Made by a program: the position numbers and the translations under genes. From assembly GCA_051362555.1 (NCBI GenBank), contig CM120646.1, forward strand, positions 3,162,001 through 3,226,000: a stretch of DNA of 64,000 bases, read 5' to 3'. The notes under the pieces were generated by a model, which was given only the letters and a program-made list of their open reading frames with translations, searched no databases and was not told the DNA's origin. Each line of letters opens with the position of its first letter. Positions within the stretch are counted from its first letter, which is position 1. This stretch comes from Lingula anatina. Taxonomy: Eukaryota > Animalia > Brachiopoda. Shown one piece after another: positions 13,747 to 27,700 of this stretch.

Positions 13747-15406
13747 CAGACTTGACATTTAATATGGAATATTTCAGTTTCGAAGGTATGCTTAGGTAAA
13801 AATGCATTCTTTTTTCAAAAAACTCCTATCTCATATAAGATATGTGAAAGGAGAAGTGTGTAGTCAGGTGTGTCGCTTCCAATTAAGTGAATACCAGGTT
13901 TGTTGCGTTGCTGCATTATGTAATATGCAGTGATTTAATTGGGTAGTGCTCCTTTGGGCAGGTCAAAGCTTGGCTTTGGCAAAGCATGGTTCTGTCAAAA
14001 AAGTATCCATATGTTGGCAACTACTGCATAGAAGAATTTGAAATTTTGCATGCAAGTGGTCGGTTTTGCAAGGTGTAAAATGAGCTATGCAGTGCTCTGC
14101 ATATTTGTTAATCTGTGGCAGAATGGCGCGAAAAAGTCAGACATTGCCAGACAGATAATTGCGCCAAACGAAACGGTCCGCACAGTTTTATAGAGTAATG
14201 CCCAGACTGATGCACCTACACAGAGGTCACAACCAATGTATTGAAATCTTACCACCAGGGTACAGGACCCACTGTCTGTCGGGATATACTATTGCAACTA
14301 AACAAAAAACACCCAGTCCGTTCAGAATGAGGGGTATATTGCCACCAAAACGCATTTTTCAAGGCCCTTAGCGAACACCAAACTGGTTTTAGCTGGTTAA
14401 AATACAGACGACCTCAGGGGAACCCACTGTAAACAGCAAAACATCGTTGTATGTTTCTCTCATGAATTGGGGACCCTGATCGTTTCTGAGTTGAACACTG
14501 AAACCTCGTGACTTTCTTTATTGAGGTCAGCTTTCACCTGTACCGCTCAACCAGTCAAAACAGAGTTTACAGATATCCAGAAGAGGCCAACGACTAAGCG
14601 TGTGCCGCGTCTTAAGTGACTAAGGTCATTAACAGCGTCAGTAATTGAAGTGGCTACCACATTGGTGCCAAAACAGCAATGATGATCATCCACAAAAACC
14701 TAAACCAGATCAAATAAAGGAATAATCTGAGAAGCACCTGACTATCATTTGCTAGGGGGCACTTTAGGAACAATTTTAGGTTGCACGGTGAAATTCCCGG
14801 TACACACATAGCACTTTTAATAGCAGATTACTTACAGAACCAAGGGAATGAGCAGCTACCTTGGTAATCAAAATCGCCATATTTCAACCACATAGACAAT
14901 ATGTGGGTAGGCCATTACTCGCCGAATCAATGGCCTACATGTCCTACAACAAAACTGGACCAAATCTGACAGATTTTGACCGATGCCTGGAATGTTATTC
15001 CAGATTGAACTCTAAAAAACTAACCCCAGGAATGCCTTGCCACTTGAGAGCACTGGTAGCAAACAGAAGAGGTCAAGCGTAACAGCGACCGTTACTGTGA
15101 CTAGACACTGACATGGGGGTTCTTTTTGAGGCTTGTTACTCTTTTACAGAAAATAATTTGGAAAATATGGAGATCCAAAATATCTCTTTTAATTGTTGTC
15201 GTATGACATAGAATAGGCAATGTGTTTTTGTTTGCTTCTCTGGTGAATTCCATTAACGAACTGATGTCACAATGACATCAAAGAGAGAATTAAAAGTTGT
15301 TAAAACACAATTTTAATCCTTATTTTCATTTATCAGTCAGCAAAATAGGAAAAAACTGATGAAAAATGATTTGGAAAAAAATATTCCATATTAAATGTCA
15401 AGTCTG
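13747..15406 (+). mobile_element. Tc1/mariner-type DNA transposon, degenerate
   Basis: TA-flanked TIRs cagacttgacatttaatatggaatattt / aatattccatattaaatgtcaagtctg; transposase remnants MPRL... and LTPGMPCHLRALVANRRG (cf. Tc1 C-terminus SMPRRC.AVI..RGG). Confidence 0.8.
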
Positions 15407-16166
15407 TATATAACATCTCTAGAGAGTGATATAGGGCCACTTTATTCGGTTTTAGGGGTGTTTTAGGGTGAAATGACTATATTTGTTCTCGGTATGTATG
15501 TCGAATAATACACTGTCACCCTCTCGCGGTATATGCCATGGACACCTCTCGCTGACGCTCGAGGCGTTATGGCATATATCGCTCGGGTGACAGTGAATTA
15601 TGTCACACTTAAGAGCTCCAGAACAAAATCTCTCTGAACCCCCTTGAATGTGCCTAAAAACGTCCACGTCGTTTTGAATATCACAGCTTGTGCATATGGA
15701 GAAATGCGAAATGTTTGTAGACACGCATTGTATGGCCCTACATATGTTAATATCAAGGTAATAATAGTGGAAGCAACTTAGTTTTTCATTAAAAAAACGT
15801 AATTAATGTCAGACGACATGGAAAAGTTAACTTCCAAATATTCAATCGAATGGTTCCATAATACCTATTATTACAAAATGATATTGTGATCTTCAATGGA
15901 ATTGTAATCTCCAGTGAGTGAAGATACAAGCACCTTCATTTCTATTCCAGTTCCAGAACAAAATCTGTCTCAATCCTAATTAATGTGACTTAAGACTTCC
16001 ACGTCATTCTGAATATCACAGCTTGTGTACATGGTGAAATGCGAGATGTTTGTAGACACAATAGAGGTAAATATCAAGGTGATAATATTGGAAGTAACTT
16101 AGCTTTTGTATTTGAAAATAACATGTACTTAATGTTAGACGATATGTAAAAATTAACTCCAAATAT

Positions 16167-17848
16167 TTAATCGAAAAAAATGCTGTTCTTCATCCCTTCA
16201 AGACTTTTCAAATCCCTCCATTTCTTGATGAATATGAGCAAAGACATTGCAAAAACAAACACGCCAAAGCATGATGCAATGGACAGAAACGCTGCGTAGT
16301 AGCTTCCTGTGACGTCACGGATATATCCTGAGGAACAAAAATGGGTATAATTGACAAATGTTATAATGATAGCAATGAAGTAGCAGATGGACAGTTGTGT
16401 GAACTGAAGTTGAAAGGTATTTGTTGAACTACGCCCTCAATGTGTAAGATTTCATTGGGACGAAAATAGGGTAAACCAAAATTATAGCCACCGTTCTGGA
16501 ATAAACCTTGACGTCTCATCACTTGTGTGAACAAAGCTAGTTTATAAAGTTTTGCTAATGAATGATGCATTATGGAACCGTTTATACAAAAACTGCACGA
16601 TTTCAGAGTACCAAGATCATTTTAAAGATAATTGACCTAGTCCATGGAAAATTGCCACTTGTAAGAACTAAACCTACCCGCTATGTATGGCCCTACAGTT
16701 CCTCCGACACCTTTGCTGAAACGACTTGTCAGAAATAACGTATAAATATTTTCTCCGTCCATGATTTCGTTGTTGACAGCATAAAACCCGGCAATGTATA
16801 CGCCAAGACAAAAACCTGAGGCTTAAAGATTATTTCAAGCTTTGGTTATAATAATTGCCATCTTCATTTGAACATAAATTATACTTATCTATCCCTAGCA
16901 ACAGTAGTCATAAAATATGAATTAGCAACTGGATTCTTAAAGAACATGCATGTCAATATTTGTGTTCTTTCCATGTAACAAGTTACAGCTGCAATTGCGT
17001 TAAAAACGTAACTAACAGTACCTTAAGGGTACATAAAATGTTGTTCTACCTATAGGAATAACAATCAGAGGCCAGAATTCAATATCGAAAACACACTCAC
17101 CAGCGCAATATACATATATAGCAGTCAAAGATGTCGAATATGCAGCAATAATATTATTCACAGTGAGCACCAAAGCCGCCGCCAGGTTCGCCACCATAAT
17201 ATTTCCCTTCACATAGTCTCCTACCAGTGAGGCAAACGTCTGACCAGTCATACCCATGATTCCGAGCACTGCTATCACGTGCACTGCATCGTCTTCTCTA
17301 TAACCAAGGTCTGTCAGATGTTTTGGCTGAAGAAAAAAATAGGAAACCGGTACATACAAGAGGGGTGGTATTTCCAAAAATTAGATTTAATAAATGCAAT
17401 TCCAGCACTGGATGAAGTAATGCTGGTGAATTCACACGTCAACAAACGAATTCTACGTGATGTATTAAATGTACACTATGCAAAGTTTCACATGACAGTT
17501 GTACATATTTTATATAAATGTACTGTTTTCTTTATGGCGTTTCAACAATAGTGTGCACGTTTGAAACCAACTGTTTTTTTGAATATTAAAGGGAAACTGA
17601 CTAATTAGATATAACAAATTCACTACAGTCATAACGTTCATTTTGAATACTTACTAATATAACCATTGGTAAGAAGAAAGCAAATCCATTACAGCACATT
17701 GCCACTGCCCATATCCCATGGACAAAGACTTTAGAACGCAAAGACCATGGAGGCTTCTGAATGAATATTGACCTGAAAGACCACATAATGCATGAATTTA
17801 TTCTACTATAGATATTCTAAAGGTATATTACATCCTCAAGTCTATACA

Positions 17849-17893
<45 letters not shown>

Positions 17894-20800
17894 CTTTTTC
17901 AAAAGTTTATTTAAAAAAAAATAACTAGATAGACTTGGAAACAAATAAACATGTACTTCCAGCATACTGAATACCTTTAAAATGCATTTTACCGAATGCA
18001 ATTCCATTCCCAGTGCTATTAAGAGAACAAAGTTTGCTTTGCTACAGAAAACTAAATGGACATACTTTTCATCTGGTCCACCTCCATGCTGCTCTAACGG
18101 AGGATTGCTGTACACCGCAAGAAGAAGAAATCCAAAGGAACCATAAGAAGCAGCAAAAAGTCTGAATACCCAGCGCCATCCCAGTGACGGGTCGGCGCAC
18201 ATTTTCTTATTGACAGCATTTAGAACTGGTGGACCTGAAGTTATAGTTAAGAACATTTGGATAAGCTGTACAATATCTTCAACTAGTCTAACGAGGTTCA
18301 GGTAGCCGTGCTGGACTTTTAAATAGTAGTATAGGCGAGGGGAGGGAAATGCTACTGGAGGACTGCCGAACACCACAAGAAGGAGAAAACCAATGGATCC
18401 CAAAACGGCAGAATTAAGTCTAAATGCCCAGCGCCATCCCAGGGACGGGTTGGCCCACACTTTAAAATTGATGCACCTGGAGTGTAAAGACCTTGTGACT
18501 AAATATCTGCTTATGATTTAAAATCCGAAACGCATGTATATATATTGGGATTGTAAAGAGGAGGATATGTGTATATGCTTTAAGTGCTGCATTTTAGGGA
18601 CCATTCCCACAGATATTTGGGTCGATCTATCTCCCTAGAGAGTCTCACTAAATTGCTATCAAACTAAACGGCCTAAACGTCTGTCATGCCTAGTTAAACT
18701 GTTAGGGGGTAACTTTCTTTACCCCTAGCTGATTCAGTAGGCGTGACAGACATTTAAGCTTCTTGAGCTGATAGAAATTTAGCGTGAACCCTCAGGGAGT
18801 TAGGTCGATCCAGATGGATGAATCTTATTATGGCAACCCAGTCTTACTTTGTTGGAAAGCCACATACTTACCAAGGAATCCCAGTATGGTCACCACACTG
18901 GTTGAGAAAACATGAAACCGGTGAGTCCATGGAAACCAAAGTGCTATCACTATATAGTTGCATACTATACATAATCCGATGCCAGTCCCGGATAAAACAC
19001 CAAAAGACACAACTACAAATCGTGTACTATTGCTAAAAGACGCCAGTGCCAGCCCCAGCACAGCAAGAGATACACCAAGGGCTGTGATTTGCCGAAGACT
19101 CAATTGTCCAATTTTAGATAGTGCCATGTATGTTAGGTTACTTAGGGATAGTATGAACGCAAAGTAAACTGATAGCGGTGCCCCTGTAAAATGAGAGAAA
19201 TAAATGTTGTCTTGTATCTGTGATTTACTCCGATTTATCAATGTGATAAACACCACTTTTAATTGAGAATTAAATCTGCTTTGAGATAGAAAAAACTTTT
19301 CGCCCTTATTTATAAAACAATTGCGTTATCACATTATTCTTTTTTTTCTTATAATTACGACCTCTCTATATGAAAATATAATTGACGTAAGGAACTGAAC
19401 ACAAAAGGAAAGAGAGATGGAATGAAGAGATGGAACTAAATTGAAAGAAGACAACAGAGAAATGGAATGTCAATCGATGGATAACAATTAGGGGAATACA
19501 AGTATTTGGGAAGACTAATGACGCCAGGAAACTAGGTGAGCAGGGAAATCGACTAACGGATAACTGCAGCCTGGAGACGGATTGGGATTCGAAGTATACT
19601 CAAAGAAAAAAGAAACGCAACACTCAGTTTTGGGAGTTTTTTGGGGCAGAATAATTTTATTTTTGAGATCCGCCCGTTTTATATGAACTCTACTTCCATT
19701 TCTAATCCTCAGGCAAACTTTTTCGGTGTTTACACATTTTTGAGTCCAATAACACATCAAAACAATAGACCCCCCCCTCCCCCCAATTAAAAATGGCAGT
19801 TATTGCAACATAATGTCAATAGTTCGCGTTACCCCTCGTTGGCATTTTGGAGAGCAGTTATTCGTCGCCTCATGGATCAGACCAGGCCTATCTGGTGATT
19901 TGCCGATATGGCTGCCAAAACCACGACACTGGGACCGCCCAACCGGTTCACTTGGCGCGCACAATGTTCGGCATTCCTCTCCTGACGTCTCCTGTACACC
20001 CGATCTCGGCCATCTGCTCTGAAACACTGGAACCTTTTCTCGTCACTAAACACGACTTGGGACCACCTCTGCAAAGTCCAACGATGATGTGCAGTGCATC
20101 GTTCGACCCGAGCTCGGGGACGTTGGAGGGTAAGGTGTCCGTGTGCTTGAAGAAGAAGATCGTGGTTCCAGTAATCATACCAGCAATGGCGAATGGTTCA
20201 GAGGTGTGGTGCATCACAAAACACCAGACAGAAGAGCTGGCCGTGGTGCAGAGGAACAAGGAGATTTCAATGCTCAATAAAACACAGAAAGACAAGATCC
20301 AGAATAAAGTGATTAGATCAGAAACAAAGTAGAAGACGCTGTAGGCATAGCAGAGACTGCAAAAAGGCCAATGGACAGCGCACTTTGCCAGAATTAACAA
20401 TAGAAAGTGCCAGGATAACAACAGTGAATGCCAAGTAATATTGACAAAGAGTCAAAGGAAGAACAAAGATAGGGAGATGATATTTAGCAGAAGGCCTGTG
20501 TAACAGGAATGGAATCCCTAGAATGGAGATCCGGGCCCCCATATGATAAGTGCACGTTAGGATTGGTTGGAGTATTTGGGTTAGCATGTGGGACGAATGT
20601 CACCTGAACAAAGTTATGGGAAGCGGACTACGGATCCTAGCGGACAACCATCCCTGTTACACTGCACAAAATCGTCAACTGTGAGTTCTGCTCGGCCATA
20701 CGCCAGTAGTGGCGTGACTGGCTGAGATGAAATTAAATGATATGAAATTGTTATTTGATGAATGTAAAGAAAAGTCTTACCTAGCAATGCGAGAGACGAT

Positions 20801-20934
20801 TCTGGAAAATCTTCATCCTGTTGAAAACACAATATGGTTGTCCCCCACGAACCTTCAATTCCCCTTTGAGTCATAAATAGAAACACAGTGATCCCAAGTA
20901 CAACCCAACCTCTGTAAATATCGGGAGTTTTCAT
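16167..20934 (-). CDS. SLC16/MCT-like MFS transporter, copy D (427 aa)
   Basis: join 20934-20781, 19183-18872, 18234-18066, 17772-17655, 17326-17101, 16821-16678, 16327-16167; open frame; extra degenerate exon-3 copy at 18476-18350. Confidence 0.82.
17851..17891. repeat. (GT)n microsatellite
   Basis: Direct reading, intron 3 of D. Confidence 0.9.
18597..18825. mobile_element. Harbinger-type palindromic MITE (family copy)
   Basis: gggaccattcccacaga..gtcgatctatc..gagtctcacta..ggggtaa..cagggagttaggtcgatc; same family as 41024 and 59653; absent from intron 2 of A and C. Confidence 0.65.
19700..20115 (-). mobile_element. Tc1 transposase fragment in intron 1 of copy D
   Basis: WSQVVFSDEKRFQCFRADGRDRVYRRRQER matches the first catalytic-Asp motif of Tc1 DD34E transposases. 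Confidence 0.8.
20120..20745 (+). mobile_element. RTE-like LINE remnant in intron 1 of copy D
   Basis: KVSVCLKKKIVVPVIIPAMANGSEVWCITK..ELAVVQRNKEISML; homologous to 10390-10860. Confidence 0.6.
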
Positions 20935-21359
20935 TTCTGTACGTATTTGTTATTGTGTTATAATTCTTTAGTAAGATCAGGGGTGCCGTCTATTTCGAAA
21001 ATTCATGAAACGACCGTCAACCCGTCTAGACAGTTGAACATTGACACCCAACGCCTTTGCATGTGCAACTGGTCCTGTTAATATCAGTGTCTTTCTGCTA
21101 CAAATGTTGATTATGTTTGAAACACATTGCAATATATATCTTTGTATTGTAATGTGTATATAATTTCTTTTATTTCAGGTTACCTGTGACAACATGTAGT
21201 TGCGGGTCCCTTGTCAATAACGAATACCAAGGGAACGGTTCACACATTATTGACAAAAACGGAGAAGGAAATGTATGGTGGTATGGTGTTCCATATTGTA
21301 TTGAACGCTTGAACGCAAAGATAAGCCTTACTTATCAAGGTGAGAGTCGACCCCTTATA

Positions 21360-21396
21360 ATATATATATATATATATATATGTGTGTCTGTGTGTG

Positions 21397-21465
<69 letters not shown>
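21360..21465. repeat. Compound (TA)n(GT)n(GA)n microsatellite
   Basis: Direct reading. Confidence 0.9.
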
Positions 21466-21467
<2 letters not shown>

Positions 21468-21754
21468 CAGGCATACACAGATATAAAAGAATGCCCTGTA
21501 GAAGGTGCTAAGAAATACACAAATACAATATAACCTGCATCTAAAAACATACCAAAACACAATGGTAATTAAAACATATAGATCACAGTCCTGACGGGAC
21601 TAGGAAGAATAATCTCCTGTGAGAGAAGATACAAGTACATTCGCTTCTATTGCTACTTTTAAGAGTTCCAGAACAAATCTGTCTGAACCCTAATTTTATT
21701 TGGAAATAATATGTAATTAATGTCGGACGAAATGTAAAGTTAACCTCCAAATAT

Positions 21755-24700
21755 TCAATCGAAAAAATTGTTGTTCTTCATCCCTTCAAGACTTTTCAAC
21801 TCCCTCCACTTCTTGGTGAATATGAGCAAAGACATTGCAAAAACGAACACGCCAAAGCATGACGCAATGGACAGAAACGCTGCGTAGTAGCTTCCTGTGA
21901 CGTCACGGATATATCCTGAGAAACAAATATGGGTATAATTGACAAATATTATAATAAGAGAAGTGAAGTAGCAGATGGAAGATTGTGTAAACTGAATTTA
22001 AAAGGTATTTGTTGTACTACGCCCCTTGATATGTAAGACTTAACTAGGATGAATGAGAAAAAAATTAAACAATGATTAAATTCACCGCTCTAAAATGAAC
22101 ATTGCTTAACATAGACCAATCTCGTCAGTGCAGTACACAAAGTTCATAAAGGGTTGACAATGAATGACGGAATATGAATCTATTTACACAAAAGCTGATA
22201 TAAATTTATCGAGATCATTTTAATGATAATTGACCTAGGAGTACATGGGTAATTGCTAGTTTGTACAAACTGAGCGTACCTGCTATATATGGCCCTACAG
22301 TTCCTCCGACACCTTTGCTGAAACGCATTGTCAGGAATAACGTATAGACATTGTCTCCGTCCATGATTTCGTTGTTGACGGCATAGAACCCGGCAATGTA
22401 TGGGCCAAGAAAAAAACCCGAGACTAAAAAATTATTTAAAGATTTGGTTAGAACAGTCGCCATCTTAATTTGACCTAATAACTGATAACCATAGCAACGG
22501 CAGTCATACAATGGATTCTGAATTCAATATTATAAAAGAACATCCTTGTCAACAATGCGATCCACATACTACGGTAATGCCTCAGATTGCGTTAAAAATT
22601 AAACTCACAATATCTTAAAAATGATTTTGTATAAAATAAACATCATCATGAAGGTCAGAATACATGCTAAAATGAATGGTAAAAACACACTCACCAGCGC
22701 TATATATATATGCAGCAGTCAAAGAAGTTGAATATGCTACGATACTATTATTCACGGTGAGCATCGCAGCTGCCACAGTATTCGCCACCATAATATTTCC
22801 CTTCACAGAGTCCCCAACCAGAGAGGCAACTGTCTGTCCAGTCATAGCCATGATTCCAAATACTGCTATCACGTGAACTGCGTCATCTTCTTTATAACCA
22901 AGGTCTGTCAGATGTTTTGGCTAAACATAGGAAACCAGTACATACAACAAAAATGGAATCAAACTCAGGATCAACCTCGATTAAACAAATATAATTAAAA
23001 CAATGGATTGAATATTGGTTTGACTTCACATGTGACAATAACAATTTTCTGCATTTTTTCGTGAAATATTAAACGTTCACTTTAGATAGCTTAATATGCC
23101 AACTATATATATTATATATATTTTTGTTTTATATATGTTGGCAGCTGAACAATTACATGTTCCTGTAGCATTCACTTCCCTTTTACATCATAATCAACTA
23201 AAAAAAATGCACCACAAACTAACAGGACAAACTTAAATTACACGCTTTAAGCACTTTAAAAGAAAGTTTAAGACACTCACGTGATAGTAATGGAATCATT
23301 GCCTTGTTGACATGATGTTAACTGAATAAAGCCATTGACATTGTCTGCATCGCATATTTTCTTAATCACAAATTTAACACAATAGTTACACTTATACTGT
23401 ACTATCAAAACCACTTGAAGATGGCATACATGGAAACGCCATTACGTATACTCACTAATATAACCATAGGTAAGAAATAAGCAAATCCTTTACAGCACAT
23501 TGCCACAGACCAGATTCCATGAATGAGAACTTTAGAAGCCAGAGACCACGGTGGTTTCTGAATTAATGGTGACCTGAAATATCATTATCTGCAGTTTCGA
23601 GGCAAAAAAGGATTACAATGTCGTGTCTTGATATTATATGTATTACCCATATATAATGACATATATTACATATTCCCAATACAATGTTTTGGCACTTTAA
23701 AATGTTGATTACAAAAACAGATATTTTTCGTTGCATTTTTCGTGGTGACACCTAATATACTGGGCTATTAAAAGAAAAAAGCTCTATTTCAACTTATACA
23801 TATTAAAATAAACATACTCATCATTTGGGTTATATTCCTGTTCTTCTATCGATGCCATTGGAGGACTGCCGAACACAGCAAGAAGGAGAAAACCAAAGAA
23901 TCCAAAAACAGCAGCATAAAATCGAAATGCCCAGCGCCATCCCAGGGACGGGTCGGCGCACATTTTAACATTGACTGCACTGAAAATTGATGGACCTGAA
24001 GTGAGAGTTAAGAGAATATGAATAACTATGCGTGTTTGAATGGTGATGAGAGAGAGAAAGATGCATGTGAATGTTTTTTCCTTGTGTGAATATCACCGTA
24101 CTTACCAAGGAGTTCTGGTACAGTCAACACACTGGTTGAGAAAACATGAAACCGGTGAGTCCATGGAAACCAAAGTGCTATCGTCATATACGTGCACACT
24201 ATGAAAAATCCAGTGCCGGTTCCGGACAAAATTCCAAAAGATATAGCCACAAATTGTGGACTATTGGCAAACGACGCCAGAACCAGCCCCAGCACCATTA
24301 GGGATACTCCAACAGTAATGACTTGTCGAAGGCTCACTTCTCCACATTTAGATAGTGCCATGTAGATTGGATTACTTAAAGATGCTTTAAACGCAAAGAA
24401 CACAGAAAGTGGGGCCCCTGTAAAACAATAAATAAAAATATTTTTATATTTTTATTTTCATTTGTATTTATCCCTGATTTAGTGCAGAGCTGTACTAATA
24501 CACACGATGCGTTGTATCATAGGTAGAGGAACGTGAGTAAATACTGTTAACCAACAAAGGCAGTCCCTTCCAGCACGCCAAGGTCAAATAAGCCTTATTA
24601 CATGCAGGATAAGCCGTCTTATTGGTTAAGGGTATAAAGTGTTCCAAAGGGACAATGAATCATGCTTTTTACTGACGACTTATGAAAAACTGGCATATTT

Positions 24701-27700
24701 AGTGTGGTTAACGCACTTCAATATTTATTAATTTATACTTTTTCTAGCAAAGTTTATAAACAGAAATTATACATGCAAAAATGGAAATGGTTTGAAAATC
24801 GAAGAACACCGTAGACTAAAAAAGTAATGGAGAACATTTCCGTTCAATCTCAATGATAACACCATCCTCCATGTCTTTTCTATGTCTTTTCTAGGGTAAT
24901 TGGTGACTTTTATGGTCTTGCTCTAATAACGTTAACTCTTGTTATGAAGCCACTGAGGTTATAAAATATAGTGTAAGTAGTTTAAAGGTTGGGTAACGCG
25001 TATATTCGACAACAAAGGACAGAGCAAGGCGGGGCCCAGCTTAATCGAATCTGTAGCTGCCATAAAGGAAGACTGCACTTTTCTTCGGTGTAGTTAGTAA
25101 CATCATCTCTGTTATGAACTGTGCACAAATTATATGGTGACGTAGCCATCATGTAGCTTGGAAAGGGTCTACGGAGACTCTTCAGTACTTTGCTACTTAT
25201 AGCCAGTAACTTATAATATATATTTATCATATAATTCATTCATTAAATAAGATAAGATATAAATAAAAGTACCATATATGAACATTAAGATACTGGGAGC
25301 TACCTCGAAAACAATGTACAATTAAAAGGAACAAAAAATGATTTTCTAAAAAATAAAAAGAAGAGATGGTAAATGGAACTCTTGTCAAGGTATTTTCTGA
25401 TACATGTCTAAAAATACCAAAACACTTGTATATATCTGCAGGGTACGTGACTTTACAACGATAACCTCTGCTCCGTCAGTTTCAGCAAAAGAAAAATAAA
25501 TGATGAAATAGATTAAAACCACGTTTTATTAAGCATCACTTACCAAGTTCCCAGGCATACCGTACGAAAAAACACAATCTTTTAAGGCTGGGTCACACTG
25601 CGCTTGCAACCTTTTGGCAACCTCTTTGCAACCTCAGTCGCAAGGAGGTTGCCCTAGGTTTTAAAGTGGTCGCATTAGGTTGCAAACAGGTCGCCTGCGA
25701 TCGTTGACACACGAAGGCCATTTTTTTTTGCACCGACAACCAGTGCGACTGATAATGAAAACGATTGGTAACTGAGAGGTTGCCGATAGGTCTCCTCTTG
25801 GTTGCCAGTAGGTCGCTGTAACCAGACTAAAACCAGTCGCATACCACCTGTAACTGCACGGTCGATTGACGGTCTTTAGTCGCTTAGTTGCAAACAGGGT
25901 ACTAACCGGTTGCAAGCGGTGGGCAGCAGGTCGCAAGGAGGTTGCAGTTGAAACTTCATGGTCGATTAACGGTCTTTAGTCGCTTGGTCTCTAACAGGTT
26001 TCTTACAGCTCGCATGCACTCGAAAACATGTCGCGAGAAGGTCGCAAGCAACCGTGATAAAATAAGCGTAGGATGGTGGCCACTAAATATATAAATATAT
26101 TTTTCATTTATATCATGCCATTAAGGCTTTCTAAATACCTTGACAAAAATCGTTATTTCTCAATTAAAACGTAGATTGTATTTGTTGTCATCCTTTTAAA
26201 TTTATTTACAAGGTTTTCATAAGTATTTTTTTTCAATAAAATAAATAAATGTATGAGTCCCTATCAGCCACCATACTTGACTAAAAGTGTTGTAAATAGA
26301 AGCCGCTGAGCCCGTGTCTTCAGTCCCCAGTATGTCATCCAACAGCGTGGGAAGGGTGGCCAGAATGTATTTTGAGAAAGCAAATGCCCGTGAAGAAAGT
26401 TCTTCACAAAGTTCCAACACAGACTCTGCTTCCCACGAAGAGGATCAACCGAAAGATGATGAACGCGGAGGAGACAGGGAGGCTAAATTTACTATTAAAG
26501 AGGAAGAAGAATTAGTTGATTTTTTAAAAGGAAAACGAGTTTTTCTATAACCAACAATTGAAAGACTTTAAAAACAAATCAAATAAAGTGCCAAAACAAT
26601 CAATAATGATTATCACAATGTAAACGATAAACTGTTATCTTTTTATCCATTCCTATATCATGGCTAATTTTTGACAACTATTGTTGTCAAATTCACTGGA
26701 AACATTTTTAATGACTAAAGCAGCCGGAAATATCTTACTCTTTAATTTGCCAAGTCATAATTTGCCAAGTCACAATGGAAGAAAAATTAAGCAAATAGGC
26801 GGGCGCAGAGAAAAAAGTAAATAGCAAAGTTTGATTCATACTTTTTACAATAAATTTAATTGTCAGGCATTTTTATAACAGTAAAACAGTGTCACCAATA
26901 TAAAGAAGGTCAAATAAATACAAATTAACTTCCTCCCAGTACTTAGAATTCGTACCACAAGGACATAAACAAATTGATGACGCGCAGGATCCTTCACTAT
27001 TTAAAGATGTTGTATTGTAAGTGTAACGCTTGGGGCTACAAAGACAAAGGGAAAACCACACAATCGGTCGCAAATCAGTTGCTAAGCAGTCGGCGACCTT
27101 TTAGCAACCGGTTGGATACCACAAATAGGCTTTTCGGTCGCCAGGAGGTTTTCGGTGCTGCACCGATAACCGGCGCGACCGGATAGTAACCCAGCGTTCA
27201 TTTGGAGACCACTTTGCGAGTTGTTGCAATTTGTCGCCCACCTTTCTGCAACCGGTGACAGTTGCAAGTCGCAAGGAGGTTTTTTGTTCAGTGTGACCGT
27301 AACTGCACAGGCCTTGCGACCTCAAAGATACCAAGTATTGAAAAAAGAAACTATGCATGCCTATTATTACATTAATAAGGCTGAAAAAACATCCAAATAT
27401 GTGTTTTATTACACCACTGGTTTGATATAAATGCCAATATATAGTACAAATATATTTCTTATTTATTATTGTAAGTTTGACAATATTGGTAGTACAGAAA
27501 TCGACTGTGACGTTATAACAGAATCTCATAGCAGAATCATACTTTAATATTCAAAATATTTAATCATTTGAAGCTGCTACGGAACGGATCCAATCGTTGT
27601 ATAATAATGTTTAAAATATTCCCTCTGTTGTCATCCGAGAGGGAAATTTAAGAGAAGGTAGCTATCGTCACAACTTATAAAATATATATAGTCTGTGCAA

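Noticed and set aside
17828-18460. 210-aa ORF as a standalone gene
   Set aside because: Read-through of two exon-3 copies plus intron and a (GT)n repeat
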